A stretch of 64,000 nucleotides of DNA from Candidatus Aenigmatarchaeota archaeon (GTDB lineage: Archaea; Aenigmatarchaeota; Aenigmatarchaeia; CG10238-14; SpSt-28). The translations under genes and the position numbers were made by a program. The notes under the pieces are model-generated. The model was not told where the DNA came from and ran no database searches. It saw only the letters and a program-made list of their open reading frames with translations. Positions 40,836 to 50,369 of the stretch are shown here, in pieces. The DNA is taken from NCBI GenBank assembly GCA_038733315.1, contig JAVYPJ010000002.1, positions 96,001 through 160,000 on the forward strand, in the 5' to 3' direction. How positions within the stretch are numbered: the first letter of the stretch is position 1; each line of letters opens with the position of its first letter.

Positions 40836-41846
40836 TTAGATAGGAATTGCCATGCAAATGTTGTTAATACACTTTATTCTTAAATTACCGGCAATACCGC
40901 TACAAAAATCTGGACATTGTCTTGATGTATCGATAAATCTCTTATTTCCGATAGCACATTTACCTGTTTCTCTATCAACTCCACATGCACAGTCTTCATC
41001 TAATTGACAATACATTTTCATTGCTTCTGGAGGAAGACCAGGAATTTCTGAAGTTTCTCCGCTACAAGCTTTAAGGTCGTTATCAGTAAAATTTGGAAGT
41101 CCACCATCCATTCCAAAATCAGTTAAATTAATTACTCTTCTATAATCTCCAATCGTCTCACTATTCATAACAAGATAAGTTGGAACTTCTCCTGAGAGCC
41201 AAAGCTCATTAACAATTTTATTACCTTCGAAAGTAGTTTCCCTTCTAAATTTATATACTTCGATTTGTTTTCCAGATTCTAAGGTTATTTTTCCTTTACC
41301 TATAAAATTCCATTCAGAGGTTTTAACGATGTATTCATTTTCCAAATTTTTCCTAGAGAATTCTTCATAAGGTATACCACTAATACTCGTTGGCAGTTGT
41401 TTTAGACAGAGTGTTGGGGTTTTTTCTTTTTTAATTAGATAAACCGTCTCACTATTTTCCGGGCTAAATAGGATTGCAAAAGAGTAACCTTCAATGGCAC
41501 TTCCCTCTTTTCCATCTAGCTCAATCCCAACGTATTCTTTACCCTCGATTGGAAGAGAAATAAGTTTAACTAATAACTTACCTGTTACTTGGGTTTCGCT
41601 TTTTCTTTGAATTATTATACTATAGCCCTCTATTTTATACTCTGCCCAGGCACCTTTTTTAAAGCCAATTCCTTTAATTTTAATAGTATTTTCTGGTGTT
41701 ATAGTGCCAATATCTTTTTCAGATATTTCCTTTTCAGTTAATTGCTCCTCAGTTTTTTGAATGCTTCCCGTAAACAAAAAAGTCGCCCCAATTAATATCG
41801 CAACGGTTACTCCAATTAAAGCAAGGATTAAAAAGACATTAGTCAT
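40836..41846 (-). CDS. membrane-anchored protein with C-terminal Cys-rich domain
   Basis: N-terminal TM; C-terminal 8-Cys module CQLDEDCAC...C...CPDFC...CINNIC. Confidence 0.7.
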   Translation of the reverse strand: MTNVFLILALIGVTVAILIGATFLFTGSIQKTEEQLTEKEISEKDIGTITPENTIKIKGIGFKKGAWAEYKIEGYSIIIQRKSETQVTGKLLVKLISLPIEGKEYVGIELDGKEGSAIEGYSFAILFSPENSETVYLIKKEKTPTLCLKQLPTSISGIPYEEFSRKNLENEYIVKTSEWNFIGKGKITLESGKQIEVYKFRRETTFEGNKIVNELWLSGEVPTYLVMNSETIGDYRRVINLTDFGMDGGLPNFTDNDLKACSGETSEIPGLPPEAMKMYCQLDEDCACGVDRETGKCAIGNKRFIDTSRQCPDFCSGIAGNLRIKCINNICMAIPI

Positions 41847-41889
41847 AGATTAATAGTGTATTGAAAAAGTATAAATATTTATTTAAACT

Positions 41890-42156
41890 TATTTTAAAAC
41901 ATACTTTTACGATGTAAGGTAAGATTTTTTGATAATAAAAAAAGGTGTTTTTATGCCAAGAGAAACTATTTTATCCTATGAAAAAATACAGAATGTGTAT
42001 GTAGATCAAGATTTATTTGATAGAATTTTTAATTTATATGATGTTCATCTTTCAACAATAGGTCGCGTTTTACAAATGGAGCTGCACATAGATGGCATTT
42101 CAAAGGAAACTGCTGAAAGATTGAAAAGTTTTTTGTTAGGAAGAGTAAGGATTTAA
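41890..42156 (+). pseudogene. bacterial-PH-domain (bPH_2) membrane protein remnant
   Basis: Same frame upstream of the 41929 ORF reads YFKTYFYDVR*DFLIIKKGVF...IQNVYVDQDLFDRIF; in-frame TAA at 41920, no N-terminal TMs. Confidence 0.65.
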
Positions 42157-42231
42157 AAACTAATGCTAGAGTCAAAATTTGTAAATTAGGGGGAGGGGGA
42201 ATAGAAGGATAGTAAAAAATAGAATAGTGAT

Positions 42232-42355
42232 AGATTTAATGTTGGTTTTTTTTTCAGAAGGTGGCGAAATATGGATATATGGTGATTATAAAAGAATACA
42301 TAAACATTGCAAAGCAAAGGTTTATCATAAGGGAAAACTTATCGAGACAGTTTAA
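42232..42355 (+). pseudogene. GXGXG/FwdC-like beta-helix protein remnant
   Basis: NVGFF / SEGGEIWIYGDYKRIHKHCKAKVYHKGKLIETV* joined across a 9-T run frameshift; upstream full of stops. Confidence 0.4.
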
Positions 42356-42428
42356 TTGACACTTTGAAAATCAAAATACTCTGAGTTATTAAATTTTTCT
42401 GAATTTCTTGATAATTTAAATTTTATAA

Positions 42429-42512
42429 GCAGGGGTGGCCGAGCGGTCAAAGGCGGCAGGCTCAGAACCTGCTGGCTTAGTGCCTTCGTGGGTTCGAATC
42501 CCACCCCCTGCA
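42429..42512 (+). tRNA. tRNA-Leu(CAG)
   Basis: GCAGGGG/CCCCTGC-A; GCAGG-CT CAG AA-CCTGC; long variable arm. Confidence 0.96.
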
Positions 42513-42618
42513 AACATGTTTCTCAAAATTTAAACTTTAAAAAATTTAAGTATAACAATGTTATAAATTTTATGATACAGCTAATAAAAATCAAAAAAAT
42601 TAAAAAGTCTATAGTAAA

Positions 42619-43785
42619 ATGGCAAGAATAATGAAAGTTTATATGGATTATGCATCTACAACACCGATAGATCCAAGAGTTTTAGAAGCTATGTTACCAT
42701 TTCTAAAAAAGAAATTTGGAAATACTATGAGCTTACATTCTTTTGGAAGAGAGGCTAAAAAAGCTTTGGAAGATTCAAGAGAAGTTATAGCTAATTTAAT
42801 GAATGCAAAACCAAATGAAGTAATTTTTACATCTAGCGCAACAGAAGCTAATAACATGGCTATAAAAGGAATAGCTTTTGCAAATAAAGATAAAGGAAAT
42901 CATATAATAATTTCTTCGATAGAACATCACTGCGTTTTAGAATCAACAAAATGGTTAGAAAAATTTGGTTTCAAAGTAGATTATTTGCCTGTTGATAAAT
43001 ATGGGTTTGTTGATTTAGAAAAGTTAGAAAATCTAATTAGAAAGGAAACCATTTTAGTATCAGTTATGCATGCTAATAACGAAATTGGTACAATAGAACC
43101 AATTAAAGAAATAGGAAAAATCTGTAGAGAAAATGAGATATATTTTCATTCCGATGCTGCACAAAGTTTTGGAAAAATCGAAGTTAATGTTAAAAAATTT
43201 AATGTGGATCTTTTAACTGTAAGTTCTCATAAAATGTATGGGCCTAAGGGTGCAGCAGCTTTATATATAAGGGAAGGTACAAAAATAGAGCCATTATTAC
43301 ATGGCGGCGGACATGAATCTGGTTTAAGATCTTCTACAGTTAATATTCCAGCTATTGTTGGTTTTGCCGAAGCAGCAAGAATAGCTAAAAAAGAAATGAA
43401 AAAAGAATCAGCAAGATTAACAAAATTAAGAGATAAGTTAATAAGGGGTGTTTTAGAGAGCATAGAAGATTCTCATTTGAATGGACATCCAAAAAAAAGA
43501 TTACCAAATAATGCAAATTTTTGGTTTGCTGGAGTTGAGGGAGAAGCTTTGGTTTCATTACTAGATTTCTATGGTGTTGCAGCATCTACAGGATCAGCTT
43601 GTTCATTCTCTTCATTAGAACCAAGTCATGTACTTTTAGCAATTGGGTTGAAACCTCATGAAGCTCATGGAAGTTTAAGATTAAGCTTAGGAAGATGGAC
43701 TACTAAGGAAGAAGTTAATTACGTTTTAGAAGTTTTACCAAAGGCTATAAGCAGATTAAGAAAAATTTCTATTTTCAAGAAGTAA
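42619..43785 (+). CDS. iscS: cysteine desulfurase IscS/NifS
   Basis: YMDYASTTP, ANNEIGT, HSDAAQ, SSHKMYGPKG, STGSAC. Confidence 0.96.
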   Translation: MARIMKVYMDYASTTPIDPRVLEAMLPFLKKKFGNTMSLHSFGREAKKALEDSREVIANLMNAKPNEVIFTSSATEANNMAIKGIAFANKDKGNHIIISSIEHHCVLESTKWLEKFGFKVDYLPVDKYGFVDLEKLENLIRKETILVSVMHANNEIGTIEPIKEIGKICRENEIYFHSDAAQSFGKIEVNVKKFNVDLLTVSSHKMYGPKGAAALYIREGTKIEPLLHGGGHESGLRSSTVNIPAIVGFAEAARIAKKEMKKESARLTKLRDKLIRGVLESIEDSHLNGHPKKRLPNNANFWFAGVEGEALVSLLDFYGVAASTGSACSFSSLEPSHVLLAIGLKPHEAHGSLRLSLGRWTTKEEVNYVLEVLPKAISRLRKISIFKK

Positions 43786-43790
43786 TTTTT

Positions 43791-44270
43791 ATGGAGTTGT
43801 ATTCTAAAGAAATAATGAAGCATTTTAAAAATCCGAAGAATGTGGGTAGAATTAAAAATGCAGATGGAATTGGTGAAGCAGGAAATTTAGTTTGCGGAGA
43901 TATAATGAGAATATATATTAAAGTTAGTGAAAAAAACAATAAAAAAGTAATAAAAGACATAAAGTTTGAAACTTTTGGTTGTGTTGTTGCAATTGCAAAC
44001 ACTAGTTTACTAACCACCTTAGTTAAAGGAAAGACCATAGAAGAAGCGCTAAGCATTAAAAAAGAAGATTTAATTAAAAAGTTAGGTAAAGTTCCGCCAA
44101 TTAAAATTCATTGCTCTGTTTTAGCTATCGATGCTTTGAAAGAAGCTATTTATGATTATTTAAAAAAACAGAACTTACCAATTCCTAAGGAATTAGAAGA
44201 AGATCATAAAAGGATTGTTAAAGCAAAGGAAAAGATAAAAAATTATGCGAATAGTAGAATTAAATTTTAA
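43791..44270 (+). CDS. iscU: Fe-S cluster scaffold IscU/NifU
   Basis: HFKNPKNVG, CGD, FGC, KIHCS. Confidence 0.95.
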   Translation: MELYSKEIMKHFKNPKNVGRIKNADGIGEAGNLVCGDIMRIYIKVSEKNNKKVIKDIKFETFGCVVAIANTSLLTTLVKGKTIEEALSIKKEDLIKKLGKVPPIKIHCSVLAIDALKEAIYDYLKKQNLPIPKELEEDHKRIVKAKEKIKNYANSRIKF

Positions 44271-44291
44271 ATCAATCTCATTTAAATTATT

Positions 44292-44651
44292 ATGATTGAT
44301 ATATTATCTATAAGAATTGGCTTTCATATAATAACCATAATTTTAGCTATTTTTGGAGCCTATATTTCATACAAGATTTATAATAATCTTAGCAAGAAGC
44401 CTAAGGAATCTTTAATATTAGCTTTCGGTCTTCCTATTAAAGAAGTTAAGCTAGAAACAAAACTTAAGATTATTTTTTATCTTTGTATGTGTTTAGCTGC
44501 ATTTTATTATATTTTGGAAAAAATATATCCAGAAGTATTTTACTTTGTAGTTTTGAGGGGAGTACTTTCTTTACTCTTTGCCATAGGAGTTATCTATGTT
44601 TTCACTAGATGGTATATTAGACTAGAAAAAATAGGAAAAGAATGGAAATAA
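44292..44651 (+). CDS. 3-TM hypothetical membrane protein
   Basis: Three hydrophobic segments; resembles the next ORF. Confidence 0.65.
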   Translation: MIDILSIRIGFHIITIILAIFGAYISYKIYNNLSKKPKESLILAFGLPIKEVKLETKLKIIFYLCMCLAAFYYILEKIYPEVFYFVVLRGVLSLLFAIGVIYVFTRWYIRLEKIGKEWK

Positions 44652-44992
44652 CAATATTCACTTTTAAAATATTTTTTGGATTTATAACATTTGCTATTTT
44701 TGCATTTGGCAGCTATTTTGCAATAAGATTCTATAAAAACTTGAATAAAAACGAAAAAGCCGTTTTAATGCAATTTTACTTAGACAAAGAAGTACAAAAA
44801 AGTCTTAAAATCCTATCACTTACAGCAATAATATTTTGCATAGGTTTAGTATTCGATATAATAGGCGCAATGTTTAACATTGAAATTTATGAAAATTTAG
44901 GTAAGATATTGTTGTTACCAATGTTTTTGGGCTTCTTAAAATTTTCTAAGGCGTTATATATCTCTTCTAAAAAAATTCTACAAAAAGCTTAA
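44642..44992 (+). CDS. 3-TM hypothetical membrane protein (paralog of previous)
   Basis: Same topology and shared FG.Y...Y.NL.K..K motif. Confidence 0.65.
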   Translation: MEITIFTFKIFFGFITFAIFAFGSYFAIRFYKNLNKNEKAVLMQFYLDKEVQKSLKILSLTAIIFCIGLVFDIIGAMFNIEIYENLGKILLLPMFLGFLKFSKALYISSKKILQKA

Positions 44993-44998
44993 AGGGCA

Positions 44999-45130
44999 TT
45001 ATTCTTCAATTTCTCTTTTGAACCTTTTTAGAGTGTTAATTATTTTTGTTTCTTCAACCTTTAAAAATTTAAAAATTCTTTTCAAAATGTTATATTTTTT
45101 CGAAAGCAATTCTATTTCTTTCTCTTCCAT
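44999..45130 (-). CDS. 43-aa small ORF overlapping the alaS 3' end
   Basis: MEEKEIELLSKKYNILKRIFKFLKVEETKIINTLKRFKREIEE*; below the ORF-track cutoff; fills the apparent gap. Confidence 0.55.
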   Translation of the reverse strand: MEEKEIELLSKKYNILKRIFKFLKVEETKIINTLKRFKREIEE

Positions 45131-47409
45131 GTTTCAAATAGCTCCTTAACTTTTTCGAAAACTTCTTCATAAGAGCAGTTTAAAAACTCACAGATTTCAT
45201 CTAAAATCTTTTCTCTATCTTTCAAAAATTTTATAGCAGCATTTCCAGCTACAAACTCTATTCTAATAACATCATCCGAAATTTTCTTAGTAGAAATAAT
45301 TTTAATAAGTTCAACATCTTTTGTATTATTTCCATGTGTACCGCTACATGCCTCTACATCTATTTCATTAATCTTTACTATTCTTACCGTTTTTTCTGGA
45401 ATATATCCTCCTTGATAAATTCTAAATCCATATTTTTTCTCAGCTTCATTTCTATCTAAAAATTCTTTTTCAATAGGTAAACCATTTCTAACTATTTCAT
45501 TTGCTATACTTTCTATTTTTTCTATTTGCTCGTCGCTAAGACTTTCAAAATGAGTAATATCAATTCTAGCTTTATCAAAATCTTTTTCTGCTCCTGCTTG
45601 CCATACATGCTTACCTAAGACATTTCTAGCCGATGCCAAAATTATATGTGCTGCGTCGTGGTGTATTGTTAATTGTTTTCTTCTTTCAACATCTATTTTA
45701 CATTTTACTATAGAATTTTCTTTTAGATTTTTAGCATTTTCAACCCTATGAAGTATATGTTTACCAATCTTTATAACCTCTATAACTCTACAATCTTCTA
45801 TATATCCCAAATCACATTTTTGACCACCTTGCTCTGGGAAAAATGCAGTTCTATCCAAAATTACATAATCATCGATAATTTTAAGAACCTTAGCATCAAA
45901 TTCAAATATATCACTATAATACATTTCTATAGTATTTGGAATTTCTTTTATATCTATTTTCTTTTCTTCCAAGTTTTTAGATTCAACCTTCTTTTTAATT
46001 TCTTCAACAAAGCTTTTTTCAATTTTTATTCCGAATTCCTCTTCCAAAAATTCAGGTCTAACTCCAAAGCTTTCATACAAAAGTTTAAAATCTTCCTTAT
46101 CTAAGCTCTTCTTTTTTGACAATATTTTAGAAACAATCTTAAATGCATTAGCTTTTGCTTTTTCATATTTACTTTTTTCAACTTCGATAACTTTTTGTAT
46201 AACATCTATGCTTTCTTTTAGAGTTTCATCAAAGTATTCTAATTGCTTAGAGAATATTTCAAAGATTTTAATCAAGTCGAAAGAAAAGTTCAGATTAGAA
46301 TAATATTTTAACATTTTTCTAAGTATTATTCTTAAGTTATATCCACCACCTACATTGCTCGGTAATGCACCATCGTTTATAGCTAATAAAAGTGCTCTAC
46401 TAAAATCGCATATTCTGAAAATAGAGGAATATAAGTTAAGCTTATTTTTTATTTCTTCTTTTTCTAACCCTATTTTTTCAGAAACTTTTTTCAAAAATTC
46501 TTCTTCACTTATTTCTGTTAAGTCGTAATATCCAGATAAAGAATAAAAATCAAACATAAAAATTTCATCAAATTTTATACCTTCTTTTTCTAAAATAAAA
46601 TTAATTGCTGGCTCGAAAGTTATTAAATAGCTATTTGGTTTTCCAGTTAGCAACCAAGGAAATCTTTCTAATCCTGCACCCATATCTACAAGTCTTTTTG
46701 GCAATTTTCTAAAGGAATCTCCATAAAATTCGAATTCTGTAAAAACAGCATTGCCTAATTCTAATCCCCTAACAAAATATTCTAAGCTATATCCAAAAGC
46801 TTGAGAGCCAATCCAAACATCTTCTATAAAGGTTATTTCCAAGGGATTAACTTTAAATTCTTTTGTTAATAATTCAAAATCAAGCCTTATTGTTTCATCT
46901 TTCCAATATCCGTTTTGTTCTGGAATAGTATGTTGACCTATCATTACAAAACTTACATAATGCCTTCCAGTAACCCCAACATTTTCTAAATCATTAAATC
47001 TTAAGCAAAATTGAGGAATTATTAGCCTATTTGCTGGCAATTCGAAATCTATATTTCCATTAACTTTTCTATAAAAATCTACAACGCTTGCAACAACGAA
47101 ATATAAATCTGGAAACCATCTTGCAACTATAGGATATCTTTTAATACTTTCATGTCCATTTTTTACAAAGAATTTTTCAATTCTTTTCCATGCAGAAACA
47201 TAATCAACATCTTCTATTTTTTTGCCAATAAAGGAGTAACCATCGCAGCTTGAATCTCCGCAAGTTTTTCTGTTTGAATCCAAAGTCCAAAAAGCTTTTC
47301 CACATTTAGAGCAGACTTTTCTTTCAAAACCATTTTCTTTAAAAAAATTTAAATCATAAAAATCTTTCCAATTCTTAGAAAAATATTTTCTAAGCTCGTC
47401 TTTATTCAT
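45112..47409 (-). CDS. alaS: alanine--tRNA ligase lacking the C-Ala domain
   Basis: YPIVARW, GLELGNAVF, DMGAGLER, editing HDAAH and ACSGTH; ends at 765 aa. Confidence 0.95.
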   Translation of the reverse strand: MNKDELRKYFSKNWKDFYDLNFFKENGFERKVCSKCGKAFWTLDSNRKTCGDSSCDGYSFIGKKIEDVDYVSAWKRIEKFFVKNGHESIKRYPIVARWFPDLYFVVASVVDFYRKVNGNIDFELPANRLIIPQFCLRFNDLENVGVTGRHYVSFVMIGQHTIPEQNGYWKDETIRLDFELLTKEFKVNPLEITFIEDVWIGSQAFGYSLEYFVRGLELGNAVFTEFEFYGDSFRKLPKRLVDMGAGLERFPWLLTGKPNSYLITFEPAINFILEKEGIKFDEIFMFDFYSLSGYYDLTEISEEEFLKKVSEKIGLEKEEIKNKLNLYSSIFRICDFSRALLLAINDGALPSNVGGGYNLRIILRKMLKYYSNLNFSFDLIKIFEIFSKQLEYFDETLKESIDVIQKVIEVEKSKYEKAKANAFKIVSKILSKKKSLDKEDFKLLYESFGVRPEFLEEEFGIKIEKSFVEEIKKKVESKNLEEKKIDIKEIPNTIEMYYSDIFEFDAKVLKIIDDYVILDRTAFFPEQGGQKCDLGYIEDCRVIEVIKIGKHILHRVENAKNLKENSIVKCKIDVERRKQLTIHHDAAHIILASARNVLGKHVWQAGAEKDFDKARIDITHFESLSDEQIEKIESIANEIVRNGLPIEKEFLDRNEAEKKYGFRIYQGGYIPEKTVRIVKINEIDVEACSGTHGNNTKDVELIKIISTKKISDDVIRIEFVAGNAAIKFLKDREKILDEICEFLNCSYEEVFEKVKELFETWKRKK

Positions 47410-47440
47410 AAAAAATAATAAAATTAAAATAAAAATGCTA

Positions 47441-47755
47441 TTATAGATAGTTTTTTAGATTCTCATCTATGTATTTACTAAAAATTCCATATACTTTCTT
47501 ACTGAAGTTAATTTTGTCTTCTTCATTTATTTTTAAATTCTCTGTATAAATTTCCATTTTGCTATCTTTTTTCGAATACTTTCCTAAAAAAATCATTTTG
47601 CGATTCGGCTCTATTTCTATCACTACACCAAAAGAAAAAACTTTTCCATAAATCTCCGGCTTTAGGAAAACATTTATTTGATATTTTTTTAATCCTGCTA
47701 GCTCCTCCTCTAAATCAACCTTTACATTTTCTTTTATTTCTTCGCATTTATACAA
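47441..47755 (-). CDS. hypothetical protein (possible 5' frameshift)
   Basis: 104-aa ORF with TTG start; an out-of-frame ATG lies at 47795. Confidence 0.5.
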   Translation of the reverse strand: MYKCEEIKENVKVDLEEELAGLKKYQINVFLKPEIYGKVFSFGVVIEIEPNRKMIFLGKYSKKDSKMEIYTENLKINEEDKINFSKKVYGIFSKYIDENLKNYL

Positions 47756-47894
47756 ATATTTCTTCCCACTCTTTTGTAGTTATTTTGTTATTCATAAAAA
47801 GTAGTTAATGCCAGTATAGATATATTTTTTAATGATAAACATTTATGTTAAAATCGAGAAAATTTAACTAAATATTATTTAAAAAACTATTATT

Positions 47895-48809
47895 ATGACG
47901 TTGAAAAAAGTTTTAGATATTTCAATAGACGATTTGAAAAAATTTAACTTTATATTCGAAAATATTGGCGGATTTCAAGCTAGAAATCTTTATATAGCTG
48001 CAGAGATTTTAAAAGAATTTATATTTGATAAAAAAACGACTAAAATTCTAACTTTTACAGGAAACTTAGTTTCTACAGGCTTAAGAGGGATATTTAGAGA
48101 TTTAATTAAAGAAAAATATTTTGATTTGGTAATAACTACTTGCGGAACTTTAGATCACGACATAGCAAAAACACTCGGAAATTATTACCAAGGATTTTTT
48201 GAGTTAGACGATAAAGAATTAAGAAAGAACGAATATCATAGATTAGGAAATGTTTTAGTACCTATGAAAAACTATGGAATAGCGATAGAAAAGTTTATTC
48301 AAAGTTTATCAGAGGAAATTTATAAGGAAAAAAAAGAGATTTCGAGTTATGAACTTTGCTGGAAAATAGGTGAGAAATTGAACGAAAGTTCTATTCTTTT
48401 CTGGGCGAATAGAAACAAAATTCCAATAGTAGTTCCTGGAATTTTTGATGGCGCGGTTGGCTATCAGTTTTGGTTATTTACCCAAAAACATAGAGATTTT
48501 ATAATAAACGTTGCCTTAGATGAAGATTTGATTAGCGACATTGTTTGGAAAAGTGAAAAATTAGCAGGTTTAATTATTGGTGGAGGTATTTCTAAGCATC
48601 ATGCAATTTGGCACGCTCAATTCAAAAATGGCTTAGACTATGCTATATACATATCTACAGCAATAGAAGAAGATGGTAGTTTAAGCGGCGCAAAAACAAG
48701 GGAGGCAATAAGCTGGAATAAAATAAAGGAAAATGCAAAGCATATTAATGTTTTCTGCGACGCAACAATAGCTCTACCGATTCTATTGAAAATAGCCTTA
48801 GAAAAATAG
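47895..48809 (+). CDS. dys: deoxyhypusine synthase
   Basis: GFQA, FTGNLVSTGLR, IGGGISKHH, DGSLSGAKTREAISWNK. Confidence 0.95.
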   Translation: MTLKKVLDISIDDLKKFNFIFENIGGFQARNLYIAAEILKEFIFDKKTTKILTFTGNLVSTGLRGIFRDLIKEKYFDLVITTCGTLDHDIAKTLGNYYQGFFELDDKELRKNEYHRLGNVLVPMKNYGIAIEKFIQSLSEEIYKEKKEISSYELCWKIGEKLNESSILFWANRNKIPIVVPGIFDGAVGYQFWLFTQKHRDFIINVALDEDLISDIVWKSEKLAGLIIGGGISKHHAIWHAQFKNGLDYAIYISTAIEEDGSLSGAKTREAISWNKIKENAKHINVFCDATIALPILLKIALEK

Positions 48810-48850
48810 AAACTTTTTGAAATTATTTAAAGCTTTATTCTTAAAATATT

Positions 48851-49021
48851 ATGGCAATAAGACATATAACAAAGAAAATAAAATTAGGTAAAATTGCTAA
48901 GAAATCTAAAAACGCTCCTATTTGGGCAAGCATTAAGAAATATGGTTTAAAAAGAGCTAGATCGAGAAGGATTAGACCTTATATAGAAACAAACTGGAGA
49001 AGAAAAAGAATTAAAACATAG
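48851..49021 (+). CDS. rpl39e: 50S ribosomal protein eL39 (L39e)
   Basis: Not in ORF track; MAIRHITKKIKLGKIAKKSKNAPIWASIKK...NWRRKRIKT (56 aa, P.W and WRR motifs). Confidence 0.85.
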   Translation: MAIRHITKKIKLGKIAKKSKNAPIWASIKKYGLKRARSRRIRPYIETNWRRKRIKT

Positions 49022-49026
49022 TTTTT

Positions 49027-49626
49027 ATGAAGAGGTATGTTATAGTTTTTGATTTAGATGGCACTATAATTTATAGTGTAGAATATCATTCTATAGCATT
49101 TAAAAATGCAGTAAAAAAGTTAGGTTATAAAAATTATAATCAATTATATAAAAGATTTAAAAAGTTGGTTGGAATGCCCATAGAAGAAATATTAAAAATT
49201 TTAATTCCCGGAATTAATAAAGAAGAAGTTAAGAGAATAGAAAAGCTAAAAACTGAATATTTTTTAAAAAACTTAAAGCAAATAAAATTAAACAAAAGAC
49301 TAATAGAAATTATAAAGAAGGTAAGAGCCAGGGGAATAAAAACAGCTATATTTACTTCCACTTCAAAAAAATTAACCAAAATTATTCTTAAAAAATTTAA
49401 AATATACCAATATTTCGATTACTTAGTATGCAAAGAAGATGTTAAAAAACATAAACCAAATGCAGAAGGTCTTATAAAGATAATGAAAAAATTTAATACA
49501 AAAAACATAATTTACATAGGCGATTCAAAATTTGATAAAATCGCTGCAAAAAAAGCTAAAATAAGATATATTGATGTTAGGAAAGTTAGTATAGAAAAAA
49601 TATATAAAACTTTAGGTATTGATTAA
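49027..49626 (+). CDS. HAD family phosphatase
   Basis: FDLDGT, KHKPN, YIGDSKFD. Confidence 0.9.
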   Translation: MKRYVIVFDLDGTIIYSVEYHSIAFKNAVKKLGYKNYNQLYKRFKKLVGMPIEEILKILIPGINKEEVKRIEKLKTEYFLKNLKQIKLNKRLIEIIKKVRARGIKTAIFTSTSKKLTKIILKKFKIYQYFDYLVCKEDVKKHKPNAEGLIKIMKKFNTKNIIYIGDSKFDKIAAKKAKIRYIDVRKVSIEKIYKTLGID

Positions 49627-49632
49627 TTTAGT

Positions 49633-49968
49633 ATGGCAAAAACAAAAATAAACAATATAGGAATAGAAGGAGTTGAACCTCCAAAAAAAATGTGTAAAGA
49701 TATTAGATGCCCTTGGCATGGTCATATAAAGATTAGAGGAAAAACTCTAGAAGGAATTGTAATTTCAACAAAAATGAGTAAAACAATAACAATAAGAAGA
49801 GATTACGTAGTTTACATTCCTAAATACGAAAGATTTATGAGAAAAATAAGCAAAATAAAAGCACATTTATCAGATTGTATAGAGGTTAAAGAAGGAGATA
49901 AAGTTTTAATAGGAGAGACGAGACCAACATCAAAAACTAAGAGTTTCGTAGTTATTGCCAAAATATGA
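49633..49968 (+). CDS. rps17: 30S ribosomal protein uS17
   Basis: [22 protein letters not shown]. Confidence 0.97.
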   Translation: MAKTKINNIGIEGVEPPKKMCKDIRCPWHGHIKIRGKTLEGIVISTKMSKTITIRRDYVVYIPKYERFMRKISKIKAHLSDCIEVKEGDKVLIGETRPTSKTKSFVVIAKI

Positions 49969-50363
49969 AAGGAATAACATCTAAGGTAACAAAGGCTTTG
50001 AATGTTGGTGCTAAACTAATATGTGCTGATAATAGCGGTGCAAGAATTTTGAAGATAATTTCTGTTAGAGGATATAAAGGTAAAAGAAAGAGGTATCCAA
50101 AGGCCGGATTGGCTGATATGGTTAAGGTTAGCGTAGTTGAAGGAACACCACAAGTCAAAAAACAAGTTTTTTGGGCCGTTATAGTTAGACAGAAAAAAGA
50201 GGTTAGAAGAGCAAGCGGTTTAAGGGTAAAATTTGAAGATAATGCCGCGGTTATAGTTAATGATTTGGGAGAACCAAAGGGGACAGAAATTAGAGGACCA
50301 ATAGCTAAGGAAGTTGTTGAAAGGTTCAGCGCAATTGGAAAAATAGCTTCTCAAGTTGTTTAA
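49965..50363 (+). CDS. rpl14: 50S ribosomal protein uL14
   Basis: CADNSGA, FEDNAAV, GPIAKEV. Confidence 0.97.
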   Translation: MKGITSKVTKALNVGAKLICADNSGARILKIISVRGYKGKRKRYPKAGLADMVKVSVVEGTPQVKKQVFWAVIVRQKKEVRRASGLRVKFEDNAAVIVNDLGEPKGTEIRGPIAKEVVERFSAIGKIASQVV

Positions 50364-50369
50364 TCATTT

